Assembly: GCF_036588685.1 (NCBI RefSeq)
Contig: NC_086373.1
Span: forward strand, 4,340,001 to 4,404,000
Direction of reading: 5' to 3'
Source of the DNA: Mytilus trossulus
Lineage: Eukaryota
Length of the DNA: 64,000 nt
The position numbers were made by a program, and so were the translations under genes. Positions within the stretch are counted from its first letter, which is position 1, and each line of letters starts with the position of its first letter. Below, piece after piece: positions 63,001 through 64,000 of this stretch. The notes under the pieces are model-generated. The model had not been told where the DNA came from, ran no database searches, and saw only the letters and a program-made list of their open reading frames with translations.

Positions 63001-63880
63001 GGACTACTAACACAAAGGTTCCTGGTTCGATTCCAGTTAGGGATGAAACTTTCAGGAACTCAATTTTCGGCTCTCCCTCGACACCATTTGCGAGTATTGT
63101 CTTGAGGAAACAATGATAGTCCGTCGGAAGGGGAAGATAAATGGCTGACCCGTGTTAAGAGAGAGCCATATCTCTTGCACGTTAAATACACCCTTGTAGA
63201 TTTTGAAAAAGAGTAGGCTAATGCCGCTACAAGGCAGCACTCGGACCGGCAAAGTGGAAAGGGATTAATATAAGTTGAAAAACTTGTTTCCCAATCCACT
63301 ATAAATATATATGTTTAAACTATTGACAGGGTTTCTAACTTACACCTAGATAAATAATGTAAAAGCTTCTCTGATTTACACATAGATAAAAACTGAAAAG
63401 GCTTCTAACTTACACCTGAAATAATGCTTCTGACATACACCTAGATAAACACTGACAAGCCTTCTCTGACTTACACCTGAAATAATTCTTCTGATATACA
63501 CCTAGATAAACACTGACAGGCCTTCTCTAACTTACACCTGGAATAATGCTTCTGTCATACACCCAGATAAACACTGACAAGCCTTCTCTGACTTACACAT
63601 AGATAAACACTGGAAAGGCTTCTAACCTAAACCTAAAATAAGGCTTCTGATTTACACCTAGATAAAGACTGACAATGCTTCTGACTAAGGCCTGAATAAA
63701 CACTGACAAAACTATTGACTTACACCTAGATAACCACTGACAAGGTTTCTGACTTATACCTATATAACACTGACTGGGCTTTCGACTTACACCTAGATAA
63801 ACACTGACAAGGCTTCTGACTTATACCTAGATAAACACTGACAGGGCTTCCGACTAACACCTAGATAAACACTGACAAGG
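60026..63880 (+). repeat. 34-bp intronic minisatellite (homogeneous to about 62950, degenerate beyond), interrupted by a SINE
   Basis: Unit gataaactctgac(aggg/aaag)attctgactaaca(ccta/ttca/ccca); period 34 (60026, 60060...). Confidence 0.95.
63005..63320 (+). mobile_element. tRNA-derived Deu/Nin-domain SINE (A box truncated)
   Basis: Pol III B box ggttcgattcc at 63024-63034, Nin/Deu core, AT-rich tail; same family as 18465-18682. Confidence 0.8.
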
Positions 63881-64000
63881 CGTCTTAAACTGGACCCCTG
63901 TTGTGTTCACTTATCGCTACACTGACAACAGGTATGGCCTAAAACCTGTGGTCAGAATTTTGACCACGGGATTTAATAATTCGACAAGACTAGCACATCA

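Noticed and set aside
63005-63060. tRNA gene (B box ggttcgattcc)
   Set aside because: No A box or cloverleaf; it is the truncated head of a SINE.

Overview
This is AT-rich, intron-containing animal genomic DNA. The repeat families look bivalve, probably Mytilus; that is an inference from recalled repeat signatures. Five host genes can be rebuilt by hand from GT-AG exons, most of them missed by the ORF track. (1) The first coding exon of a Nanchung/OCR-type TRPV channel (- strand, runs off the left edge). (2) A complete 4-exon CDPF1 (+), head-to-head with the TRPV gene. (3) A complete 2-exon prostanoid-receptor-like GPCR (-). (4) A complete 4-exon Shisa-like/CYYR1-type single-pass membrane protein (-). 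(5) The first 8 coding exons of a copine (CPNE8/5-like, +, runs off the right edge). The rest is dense, nested mobile DNA. The largest element is a decayed Ty3/Gypsy LTR retrotransposon with both LTRs (17996-27256, ATAC target-site duplication, tRNA-Leu primer-binding site). It carries an extra zinc-finger ORF behind a splice acceptor, plus a Deu/Nin-SINE-like RNA module whose stems co-vary with those of SINE copies in the same window. Also present: a decayed HERO-like RLE LINE, CR1-group LINE fragments, Penelope-like fragments and hammerhead ribozymes, Helentron-associated (HINE-like) elements, several MITEs, tiny P-element-like palindromic footprints, and a 34-bp minisatellite with a 14-unit higher-order repeat. 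All coordinates were read by eye and no database searches were run.
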